Assembly (NCBI RefSeq): GCF_018350175.1
Contig: NC_058383.1
Span: 24,802,001-24,866,000 of the forward strand
From: Felis catus
Taxonomy: Eukaryota
Direction of reading: 5' to 3'
DNA: 64,000 nt
The stretch's first letter is position 1, and each line of letters begins with the position of its first letter. The position numbers and the translations under genes are program-made. The notes under the pieces are model-generated. The model ran no database searches. It was not told the DNA's origin and saw only the letters and a program-made list of their open reading frames with translations. Shown here in pieces: positions 13,069 through 24,700 of this stretch.

Positions 13069-14610
13069 TTAAGTAGTAGTTAAAAACACTAAGCTTTTAG
13101 TATAACTTTTCTGTTTATTTGTAATTTTTTAGATCATGTCTTCAAATGATGCAAAAAGCATAAAAATTACACAGTGAAAAAATCTTCCCCCTGCACCCCC
13201 AACTCACAGCTGCTCAGTCTCATCCCCCCCACTCCCTTAAGGAACTACAATTACTTCTATGTATCTTTTCAGTATTTCTTTATGTGTATTTAAGCAAAAG
13301 ATTCTTCTTTCTCCACCACTTTGACACAACAGGTAACCTAGAGTACACACTATTCTTCCCATTAAAAAACATTTTTATGACAAATTCTTGAAGGTCTTTC
13401 CATGTCAGTACATAAGTATCTTTCTCATTTTGGGTTTTTTTTAAAAATGTTTTTGTTTTGTTTAAAGAGTGCATGACATTCCAGTGAACAGCTGCACCAT
13501 AATTTCTTAAGCCAGTCCTCTATTGATGTCATAGGAATTGTTTCCATTATTATGAATTTAAGATGAAATTTTGAAGCTATTTCCTTCACCACATTTAGAA
13601 TCCTTCAAACATATAATGAAAAGAAAATTGACCAGTCATTTGGAGCTTAAAATGAGCCTAACCATTCTGCTCTACCAAAAAGAACTTATCAGCATCCTCC
13701 TCATCAAAGTGGTAAGATTGCCTTCTCCCCAGCGACGTTCTTTCCAGTGATCTTAGCATTTCATAACATCTATTTTCCAGGTTTCCAATATTCTTTGTAG
13801 GTGAAGGAGCTGAGCTAGGAGTACAGATGTTTATACTGAGCTACAGAAAACTCCTCTAAGAGAGAAAGTACCATTCCTGGTCAGCTGGGCTTTCAAAGTA
13901 TTTAAGGTCTCATCTAAAATGCAAGCTCTACATCTATATAAACAGCAATGCAGAAGAGGTTTTAGCCGCCCTACATCTCTGTAAGTATCTCTCCTACCAA
14001 GTAATCCAAGTAATAACAGTGGCTTAGCATATATAGCCTCAAAGCAAGGTGAAGCCCCCTACTATTCTCCCTAGCCCTAAACTTAACCTTCTCTATAGGA
14101 TTTTTGGAGCTGCCCTTGATCACTTACTGGAGAAAAGTGGCTTCCCTGGATTATTTCCTTGGATTTTCATTTATACATTCCCTGAAGTTTCCCTAGAGGT
14201 AGTATGCATACTTTCTGGATGATGTAGAAGATGGATTCCTATCTGCCACTGAGCAGGGTGGAGAGGTAAGTAGACAGCACAATGAAAAACTCAGCTGGTA
14301 CTTGAACTCAATTAAGTTTTTTCCAAAACATTTTACCAAGTTAACACATGCACATAGTTAAAAAAAATTACATAGTACCAAAAGACTTAAAATGAAAAAC
14401 TTATCTGCTATGTTTATAGCCTTTTGTGTGTACATACTCCTTTCTACTTACTAGATACAATTACACAACAGCTGAGAAATTCTGATAGAAATACTTTCAT
14501 GAGAGCACTTTTGATTTGTTGGTTTTGCTTGCTTGTTTGTTATTCTTGCTCAAAAGTGCATGTGCCAGCCCAGAAAACCTTACAAAGAAGACAGATAAGG
14601 TAGTACTCAC

Positions 14611-14800
14611 TAAAGTGAAAGATTCCAACACAGCTGGTGGTGATGGCAGACCTGTTTCCTAGAAGAGCAGTCCTGAAACTTGAACTCTCACTTCTGCTTT
14701 AGTCCTGGTAGTAGCCAACAGAAGAGGGAGAAGTAGTCTGACAACTGGAAGAAGCAAGACATAGAGGGCCCTTCCTGGATTGGTGGAGACATTCTAGAGG
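14611..14800 (-). other. ACSM3: Probable non-coding first exon of ACSM3 (5' end uncertain)
   Basis: Strong donor TTA|gtgagt at 14611/14610 in non-repetitive sequence just downstream of HNF1/CEBP-like motifs; first coding exon starts at a splice acceptor so an upstream exon is expected. Confidence 0.55.
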
Positions 14801-14834
14801 GAGGAGCAGGAGTTTCAGGCCAAGTTTACGCTGA

Positions 14835-14930
14835 AAGTTTACACAATTTTCTGCCACCCTCCCTTTTAGAGTTAATTATTTAAATACCCTGTAAGCTTTT
14901 GCTGGGGAGCTGGGAAAGTAATTTATTCAC
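14835..14930 (-). promoter_or_regulatory. Candidate ACSM3 promoter with HNF1-like (gttaattatttaa 14871-14883; gtaatttattcac ~14918-14930) and C/EBP-like (ttacacaat 14839-14847) sites
   Basis: Motif resemblance to GTTAATNATTAAC and TT(A/G)CNCAA(T); position next to candidate exon 1. Confidence 0.45.
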
Positions 14931-15699
14931 AGGAAGAAAAGTGTCTATGGAGTTGCTGGGGGATGGGTCCCATGAAGGAATAGAGGAAGTTTTCTCTTAG
15001 AAGGAGCAAAGAAAAAAGGACATAAGAAGACAAAGAGGGGGTTTAAATGGAAAAGAAAGAAGTTAAGGGGTGGGTTTGGGTTGCTCTAGGTCTTAGGGAA
15101 CCTGTTGCTGTGTTTATCTGTTGAGCTGGTGATGACTAAACATAAATGCTATCAGGTCATTCCTCTGCTCAAATCCTTCAGTGCTTCCTGGTTTACTCCA
15201 GGTCAAATCTCAAGTCCTTCCATGGACTACAAGGAACTGGTGATCTGGAACAGGGTCCTCTCTGACCACCACCCACCTCTCCTTCTCTTAATCTTCTGCA
15301 GCTTGAACATACCACACATGTTCCAGCTTTGGGATCTTTGAACTTACAGCTTCTACTGCCTGGAAAACTCTTCTCTTAGATAATCCCTTGGCTAAATCCC
15401 CATTTTATGAGGTATCCATCAAAGTGGTCTTCTCTTACTACATTTTCTAAAACAGCACCCCTCATTTTTTTTTCTCTTTAATCTGTGTTAACTTTTTACA
15501 TCTCTTACCATCACCCTTAGGAGTAAGAACTTTGTATTGTTTGCTGATGCATCACTATTGTCTAGAGCAGTTGCTGGCAGCTTTTAGGCATTCAATAAAT
15601 ATTTGATTGGTAAATGAATAAGTAAATGACCTTTTCAGTTACATGTGACAGAAACCCAATTCAAATTCACTCAAACAAAATGAGGGATTTATTGGTCAC

Positions 15700-17810
15700 T
15701 TTTTAGTTCTATGAGTTTTTGGTTGTTGTTGATTCCCTGGGATTATCTATGTAGATAGTCACATAATCTGCAAATAGGGACAGTTTTACTTCTTTCTTTT
15801 GGTTCTCTGTGCCTTTTATTTCCTTTTCTTGCCTTATTGCATTAGCTAGAATTTACAGGCTATGTTGAAAAAGAATGGTGAGAGCAGCTATGCTTGCCTT
15901 GTTCCTGATATTAAGTGGAAAGCATTCAGTCTTTCATGCTTGGGGGTAATGTCAGCTGTAATATTTTGTAGATAACATTTATCAAGTTGAGGAAGTTCTC
16001 CTTTATTCTTATTTTTCTGAAAATTTTTATCATGAATAAGCCTTGAATTTTGGCAAATACCTTTTCTGTCTCAATATCATCATGTGATTTTTCTTCATTA
16101 GCCTATTAATAAAGTGGATTTTTTAATCATTGAACCAGCCTTGCTTCCCTGAAATAATATATATTTATATTTATAGATGAATTCTATATACCTCTTGCCA
16201 ATTTTGAGAAGTTTTCCATCATTATTTCTTGGAGTAATTTTCTAGCCCTGCCCTCTCTCCCTTTTTGGGAGTCTTATGACACAATGTTAGATCTTTTATG
16301 ATAGCCCTACAAGTCTCTGAGGCTCTTTTTTTTTTTTTTTTTTTTGGTCAGCCTGGTTTCTCTCTGTTGTTAATATTGGGGAACTTTTTTTTTCAGATTT
16401 TCTAAATTGACCACTCTATTTAAACAGAAAAAAAAACCCACAATTTTAATTATGTACATATGTGGGAACCCTACAAAGATATGAGACTCCTACATTGATT
16501 AAATTTTACCATCAAAACTGTTACTTTTTAAAAATGTTTATTTATTTTAAAATTTTTATTTAATTTATTTTTTTAATTTACATCCAAGTTAGTTAGCATA
16601 TACTGCAACAATGATTTCAGGAGTAGACTCCTTAATACCCCTTATCCATTAAGTCTATCCCCCCTCCCACAACCCCTCCAGTAATATATTGGGTAATTTT
16701 TATTTTTCTATCTTCCAGTTAACTAATTATTTTCTCTTCTTCCTCCCATTCTGCCGTTGAGTCTATCCAATTAAGTTTTTCTCTTATTATATTTTTTATT
16801 GTATTTTTTAATTTTAAAATTTCCATTTGGTTCTTCTTGATAATAATCTATTACTTTGCTGAGGCTTTGGTGTTTCAAGCATATATATTTACAATTGCTT
16901 GTTGAAGCATTTTTATTATGGCTGCTTTAAAATCTTTGTCAGATACTTCTAACATCTTTGTCATCTTGGTGTTGGTATCTATTGACTGTCTTTTTTTATT
17001 CAGTTTGAGATCTTTGTGGTTCTTGGTATGGTGAGTGATTTTCATTTGAAACCTGGACATATTTGTATTATGTAATCAAATTCTAGATCTCATTTAAACC
17101 TTCTGTTTTAGCTGGCTTTGTTCCACATTGTCCTGGCAGGGAAAGTGGGAGGACACCACCTCATTAATGCCAGATGAATATAGAAATCTAGGTTGTCCAC
17201 TAAGTCTCCAATTAAACTGGGATTGGGAGCAGTGCTGGGTGGGGATAGCAGTTCCAACTCCTCATGGGGTCTCTACTGACACTGGCCTGTTCCCTACTTG
17301 GCATTCTCTGATGCTACCCCAGTGGAGGGTATTGGGATACCTTGTTATAGACTGGTGAGAGTAGAAGTCTAAGCTTCCCACTCTACCTTTTGCTGGCATA
17401 GGTAAGGATATGTGGAGCCGTGATTTTTTCTGTGGTATTTGGCTGGAGTAGAACAGATAATATTTAAAAGTTTTTTTTTGTCTTGGTAGGCTGCTCCTTT
17501 CATGGTCCTCTGGTAAAAGACAGCAGGCTTTTTCTGGGGCTTTTATTGTTGGTACCATTGGTATTTCCAAGTTTCTGGCTTTTTCATCTCCCAAGTCTAC
17601 AATATATGAGGCAAAAAAAGAAAACCCAGGGAACTGACCACTGGGTCATTCCTTAGGTCTCAAACTCTATAACCAGTCTGCCTTCCTCTCTATACCTTCC
17701 AGAGTCTTATGTTTGTTTTATATCTAATGTCCAGGGATTTCAGTTGCATTTAGCAGGAGAAAAGAGAAAAGTCTGTCTACCTCCTCTTCCCAGAGTAGAA
17801 GTCCTTCCAA
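15700..17810 (-). mobile_element. Old L1M-type LINE fragments, with a younger carnivore L1 3'-end fragment nested at ~16560-16683
   Basis: Degenerate L1 ORF2 antisense (gttcctgatattaagtggaaagcattcagt) and ORF1/5' region (MTKMLEVSDKDFKAAIIKMLQQA). Confidence 0.75.
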
Positions 17811-18250
17811 CTCATTTTTTGAGATTAGAATAACATTGATAGCAAAACAAGACAAGAACACTGCTAAAAAGAAAATCACAGGCAAACTGAAAAACTGTGA
17901 ACAAACAAAAAGTCAAAAATAGATTTTTAACAAACTGAAATCAGCAATGTACAAAAACCAAAAATCCATTATGACAAGTTTGAGTTTATCCTAAGAAAAG
18001 GTAAAAGGAGAAAAACCAATATGAGCATTTCAGTGCACACATAAAATGTATAAATTTCAGTATTTATTCATGATAACCTCCATTGCCCTCAAAAGTAAAA
18101 TTCAAGTGGAAGGAGATTTCTTTAATGTGATAAATAATGTATATCAACAAATTATTTTGATATTGAACATTAGAAACATTTTATGGTGAAATATTAGAAG
18201 CATTCCAACTAATTGAGAATAAGGCAGTGGTCACCATGCCTAATTAATAT
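17810..18250 (+). mobile_element. Ancient L1 ORF2 fragment
   Basis: Degenerate ORF2-like sequence (taacattgatagcaaaacaagacaag...; tggtgaaatattagaagcattcc). Confidence 0.55.
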
Positions 18251-18258
18251 TATACCAT

Positions 18259-18480
18259 GGGGCACCTGGGTGGCTCAGTCGGTTCGATGTCTGACTTTGG
18301 CTCAGGTCATGATCTTGTGATTCATGGGTTTGGGCCTTGCATGGGGCTCTGTGCTGACAGCTCAGAGCCTGAAGCCTGGTTCGGATTCTGTGTCTCCCTC
18401 TCTCTCTGCTCCTCTCTTGCTCATGCTCTGTGTGTCTCTCAAAGATAAATAAACATTAAAAAAAAATTTTTTTTAATTAA
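18259..18480 (+). mobile_element. CanSINE
   Basis: Canonical head, CT tract and A tail. Confidence 0.92.
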
Positions 18481-18901
18481 AAAACCTAAAAAACAATGCA
18501 GAAGATAGCCTCCAACAAAGAGTTAATTATCCAACTTTAAAAGTAAGGGCTATGGCTGAGAAACCCTGATCTAATGTCTAAGTGGATTCAGTGCTTACTA
18601 ATAGGCCTTTACACATAGCTTGTCTTTCCTTGTATTCATTAATGTTTTTCTTTGTTAGCTGAATTTAACACCTACTAGATTTTTTCCCCCCACAAGGGCT
18701 TATAATGACTGCTTTCCCTTGCTTAGTTGGTAATGCCTAACTACTGACTTTATACTGAGAATATAAAGTCTAGGTAAGAGTTTCTTGTGTTAAATTTTCT
18801 TTCCCTCAGAAAACTGTAGACCTGTTTCACTGTTATTTGGCATTAAATATTACTTTGGAGAAGCCCAAGGTCAAACAAGTTCTGTTCTCCTGGAATGTGC
18901 C

Positions 18902-19595
18902 TGTTGTATAATGGAAAATTTGACTGGCCTTTGTCCCTGGTTCCTAAATCCTTGGAGACTCTAAATCCCTAGAATTCCTGGGTAATAGGAGTGCCTTTGT
19001 TATTCATGAACCCCTTAAATGCCACCTGAGATTATGCTAGCAAGGTGACTCAGGATGAAGAGTCTGGTCACCAGAAAGGTCAGCCATGTGATCAGAGGGT
19101 TGGAGCTTTGAAGCTCTGGGGAGAGAAGGGGAACTGGAGATTGACTTGAGTCAAATGCCTAATGATTCAGTCAATTATGCCTAAATAATGAAACCCCAAT
19201 AAAAATGGTGAAGTTTCCTGGTTGGTGAATATATCCAATATGCTGGGAGGGTGACATGCCCTGATTCCACAGAGAGAGGGCATGGAAGCTGTACATTTGG
19301 GACTTTCCAGACTCTCTTTTATGCTTCTTTTCATTTGGCTGGTCCTGATATATAACCTTTATAATAAAACTGTAATCCTAAGTCTAGCACTCTTTTGAGT
19401 TCTGTGAGATCTAGTGAATTAAGGGACAGGAGGGGGTGGTAGCCAGTTGGTCAGAGGTTTGTGTGGTCTGGGGACCTGTGAACTTACAGTTAACATCTGA
19501 AGTATGGGAAGTCTTTCTGGGGACTGTGCTTTTAAAGCTGTGAGGTCTGATGCTATCCCAACAGTGTCAGAACTGAATTGAAATGCAGCACTGTA
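18902..19595 (+). mobile_element. ERVL solo LTR (MER21-like)
   Basis: tgttgt...ggcctttgtccctggttcct...aataaaactgtaatc...gtgtcagaactgaattgaa. Confidence 0.7.
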
Positions 19596-19799
19596 GAGCC
19601 TCACTTACTCTGCCTGGGTGCTTGTGTAATTTTTTCTTTATTCACAAATTAATTAACTTCAGCCAGAGGTGTTTTAATGTTGTTATTCCTATATCAGGTC
19701 TTATCTACAACAAATGTGTCTTATTGTTCTGTAGATTCTTTTTCTGTTATGCTAGTTTATGGTCATTCTCTATTATAATTTCTACATCATTCGTCGTAA

Positions 19800-20348
19800 T
19801 GTTATTGACTTGGGTCCTTGGGCTCTCCAAGCAATAGGAATTGACTGGGGCCAAATGGGAATTTCCAGGCAAGGCTTTTATTGGGCTTATGCTGGAGCAC
19901 AAGGGAGACAGCACAAAGGCAGGGTCCTTCATGCTGGCTGTCAGAACAAAGGCCAAGGAAGTTTTTAAAGACGGTAAGGTGGGAAAGGAGTGATGTCTAA
20001 GCATGTAGGAGTGAAGAGAGGTACAGGAAGTTGGGCGGATAGGCAAAGTGGACAGAACATGCTTCTTCACGCATCGCATGTCTCATTACCATGTTAAATC
20101 TCCACCCCTGGGCATGGTTTTTAGTATTATAATGAGGGACAAAGTCAGTGAAAGGTCAGCACTGGGGTCCATCTTGCAGACTGGTTTGATTTGGTCTTCA
20201 CCAGTCTTTGTAGTGGGGTCCCTCCTTTGGTAAGCATCCTGTTTTCCCATTCCTGTAAGACCATAGAGATCCATCTCTCAAGGATTGCTGGATTTTGTGG
20301 TGAAGATTGAGGGGACCTGAGTTCAGTCCCTGTTCTATCTTAGTAACT
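19800..20348 (-). mobile_element. ERV solo LTR, probably carnivore-specific
   Basis: tgtta start, reverse-strand polyA signal (ttttatt ~19876), LTR-like composition. Confidence 0.55.
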
Positions 20349-20349
20349 T

Positions 20350-21373
20350 CAGTGCTCATGTAAACAACCCATTTAATACTGTGGTCTTTAATTCTCTTAA
20401 TATCCTATCTCCCAATGATCTTAATCCTACCCAGCCTTAGTCTCTCATTCTTGTGACTGCACCCCACACCTTCTCATTACCACCAACAGTACTACCTCCA
20501 AAATCTGTGTCAACATCCCCCACCCCGCTTTTTTTTTTTTTTTTTTACTAATTTCTCCTGTCTTGCCAGTTAAAATTTCCCTTTACTATCTTTATCACAG
20601 TAATTCCTTTAACTCCACTAAAATCTTCAGTCCATTGACTTGAACACTGTCTTCTTCATACCTTCACTTACCTCTTGCCCATCTTGGATTCTAGGTCCTA
20701 CACAGCTCCTTTGTACTGCTCTCCCTCACCATACTCAACCGACAAAACCCAGCTTTCTGCAAAACTCCAGATAGCTATCTCCCTATATTGTGACTGCACA
20801 TGAGCAGCTTAACATAGCTCTGGAGAAATGGTTCTGCGGAAACCTGGTTCTGCACTTAGGATGTTGATGGTACTTGCTAATGGTCTTAAAAAATCCAAGC
20901 AGGTCCTCCCCATTGCCTGATAACATATCTATAGGTGGAGATAACCATTTCATACCTTCTCCTATTTCTATAAACCTCCCCATTGCCTGATAACATATCT
21001 ATAGGTGGAGATAACCATTTCATACTTTCTCCTATTTCTATAAACCTTCAACTCTCCTCTCCTCCTCTTATTTCACTGAGATTTACAAGTAGCCAGAAGA
21101 GAATTTCCTCAACCCCCTAGTACTTAATCAACCTAAACTCCTACAATTCTGTTCATACCTTCTGCATTCCTTCCTGTAACAATGAATAGTTGTCAGGTTC
21201 CTAGTTTGGGCCACCCTCTCCACAGTGTCCTTGACATCATCTGCTCTCCCCAACTCAAGAACATTACTCCTTCAATTACCTCTCTCCTGTACCACCCATT
21301 TCTTCCTTTTATTTTGGACTAGGAGTTGCAAAGAGACAGCCACAAACACATAGTAATATCTCCTATATTAAAA
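20350..21373 (+). mobile_element. Ancient L2 LINE fragments
   Basis: C/T-rich degenerate L2 ORF-like sequence ending ...atctcctatattaaaa. Confidence 0.55.
20905..21047. repeat. 70-bp tandem duplication (2 copies, 1 mismatch)
   Basis: cctccccattgcctgataacatatct...cctatttctataaa at 20905-20974 and 20975-21044. Confidence 0.97.
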
Positions 21374-21721
21374 TATCTTAGGGGAGGGGGCAGCTCACCG
21401 GGCCCTTGATTCTGAACCACACACCTACAGGGAGTCAGAAAGTTGTCGCGAGATGAGGAAATCTTGATGCTGGCTTTGTCTTCCTGACCCGCGAGGTAGT
21501 GGTGACAATGGACATGAAGTGAGAGGGTGATGTCTGGGCCTCAGCTGTAATCTGTCCTATGCTGGCATTGGGTGAACCCTTTCAAGTTCCATCTTTGAAC
21601 AATTTTCACACTGTTGGACAACAAAGAAGACAGAAAAGCATCTCTGAGAACATCATTTTCCAGGTTCCATTTGTGTCAAGGTGGTGGCTGGTAACAAGTT
21701 CTTAAAGAAAAAAGGCTGGCT

Positions 21722-24700
21722 TCTGGGAAGATGGCGGTGTAGGAGGACGCTGGGCTCACCACATCCTGAGGATCACTTAGATTCCACCCACACCTACCTA
21801 AATAACCCAGAAAATCACCAGAAGACTAGCAGAACGGACTTTTCGGAGCCAAGCCTAGATGAGAGGCCCATGGAAGAGGGTAGGAAGGGCGGCGAGGTGG
21901 TCGCGCTCCATGGACTGGCGGGAGGGAGCCAGGGTGGAGGGGCAGCCCACCAGCAAAGCAGAGCCCCTGAGTCTGGCTTGCAAAAGCAGAGGGGCCAGAC
22001 GGAGTGTGTTCGGACAGCAAGTGGGACTTAACATCTGGAAGGTTATAAGTTAACAGCTCTGCTCGGAGAACTGGAGGGCTGGAGGACAACGGGAGGGAGA
22101 GTTGTTGAGCCCCAGAGGACAGAGCTCAGCTTGGCAGGGAACAAAGGCGGTTGTCAGCGCCATCTCCCTCGCCCATCCCCCAGCCAAAATCCCAAAGGGA
22201 ACCAGTTCCTGCCAGGGAACTTGCTTGCACCGCGCAAACACCCAACGCTGTGCTTCTGCGGATCCATCCCTCTGGCAGGTCTGACTCACTCCTGGTGCCA
22301 CAAGGCCCCTCCTGAAGCGGATCTCCAAAGGAAAAGTGAGCTGAGCCTCCCTCTCCCGCCCCTGTGCAACTTGCCTATCCACCCCAGCTAATATGCCAGA
22401 TCCCCAGCACCACAAACCTGGCAGTGTGCAATAGCCCAGACAGACCATGCCACCCCACGGTGAATCCCCTAGGAGAGGGGAAGAGAAGGTACACACCAGT
22501 CTGACTGTGGCCCCAGTGGTGGGTTGGGGGCAGACATCAGGTCTGACCGCGGCTCCGCCCACCAACGCAAGTTATTCAAGACAGCACAGGGGAAGTGCCC
22601 TGCAGTTCCACACTACTCCAGGGACTATACAAAATGACAAAACAGAAGAATTCCCCTCAAAAAAACCTCCAGGAAATAACAACAGCTAATGAACTGATCA
22701 AAAACGATTTAAACAATATAGCAGAAAGTGAATTTAGAATAATAGTAATAAAATTAATCGCTGGGCTTGGAAACAGTATAAAGGACAGCAGAGAATCTAT
22801 TGCTACAGAGATCAAGGGACTAAGGAACAGCCAGGAGGAGCTAAAAAAATGCTATTAATGAGCTGCAAAATAAAATGGAGACGATCACAGCTCGGATTGA
22901 AGAGGCAGAGGAGAGAATAGGTGAACTAGAAGATACAATTATGGGAAAAGAAGAAGCTGAGAAAAAGAGAGATAAAAAAAATCCAGGAGTATGAGGGGAA
23001 AATTAGAGAACTTAGTGATGCACTAAAGAGAAATAATCTACGCATAATTGGTATTCCAGAGGAGGAAGACAGCGGGAACGGAGCTGAAGGTATACTTGAA
23101 GAAATAATAGCTGAGAACTTCCCTGATCTGGGGAAGGAAAAAGGCATTGAAATCCAAGAGGCACAGAGAACTCCCTTCAGACGTAACTTGAATCGATCTT
23201 CTGCACTACATATCATGGTGAAACTGGCAAAATACAAGGATAAAGAGAAAATTCTGAAAGCAGCTAGGGATAAATGTGCTCTAACATATAAAGGGAGACC
23301 TATAAGACTCATGACTGATCTCTCTACTGAAACTTGGCAGGCCAGAAAGTAATGGCAGGAGATCTTCAATGTGATGAACAGAAAAAATATGCAGCCGAGA
23401 ATCCTCTATCCAGCAAATCTGTCATTCAGAATAGAAGGAGAGATAAAGGTCTTCCCAAACAAACAAAAACTGAAGGAATTCATCACCACTAAAACCAGCC
23501 CTACAAGAGATCCTAAGGGAGATCCTGTGAGACAAAGTACCAGAGACATCGCTACAAGCATGAAACCTACGGACATCACAATGACTCTAAACCCATATCC
23601 TTCTATAATAACACTGAATGTAAATGGACTAAATGCACCAACCAAAAGACATAGGGTATCAGAATGGATAAAAAAACAAGACCCATCTATTTGCTGTCTA
23701 CAAGAGACTCATTATAGACCTGAGGACACTTTCAGATTGAAAGTGAGGGGATGGAAACTATTTATCATGCTACTGGAAGTCAAAAGAAAGCTGGAGTAGC
23801 CATACTTATGTCAGACAAACTAGACTTTAAATTAAAGGCTGTAACAAGAGATAAAGATGGGAATTATATAATAATTACAGGGTCTATGCATCAAGAAGAA
23901 CTAACAATTATAAATGCCTATGCGCCAAATACAGGAGCCCCCAAATATATAAAACAATTACTCACAAACACAAGCAACCTTATTGACAAGAATGTGGTAA
24001 TTGCAGGGGACTTTAATACCCCACTTACAACAATGGATAGATCATCTAGACACATGATCAATAAAGAAACAAGGGCCCTGAATGATACATTGGATCAGAT
24101 GGACTTGACAGATATATTTAGAACTCTGCATCCCAAAGCAACAGAATATACTTTCTTCTCGAGCGCACATGGAATGTTCTCCAAGACAGATCACATACTG
24201 GGTCACAAAACAGCGCTTCATAAGTATACAAGAATTGAGATCATACCATGCATACTTTCGGACAACAATGAGATGAAGCTTGAAATCAACCACAGGAAAA
24301 AGTCTGGAAAACCTCCGAAAGCATGGAGGTTAAAGAACACCCTACTAACGAATGAATGGGTCAACCAGGCAGTTAGAGAAGAAATTAAAAAATATATGGA
24401 AACAAATGAAAATGAAAATACAACAATCCAAATGCTTTGGGATGCAGCAAAGGCAGTCCTGAGAGGAAAATATGTTGCAATCAAGGCCTATCTCAAGAAA
24501 CAAGAAAAATCCCAAATACAAAATCTAACAGCACACCTAAAGGAAATAGAAGCAGAGAAGCAAAGACACCTTAAACCCAGTAGAAGAAGAGAAATAATAA
24601 AGATCAGAGCAGAAATAAACAATATAGAATCTTAAAAAACTGTAGAGCAGATCAATGAAACCAAGAGTTGGTTTTTTGAAAAAATAAACACAATTGGTAA

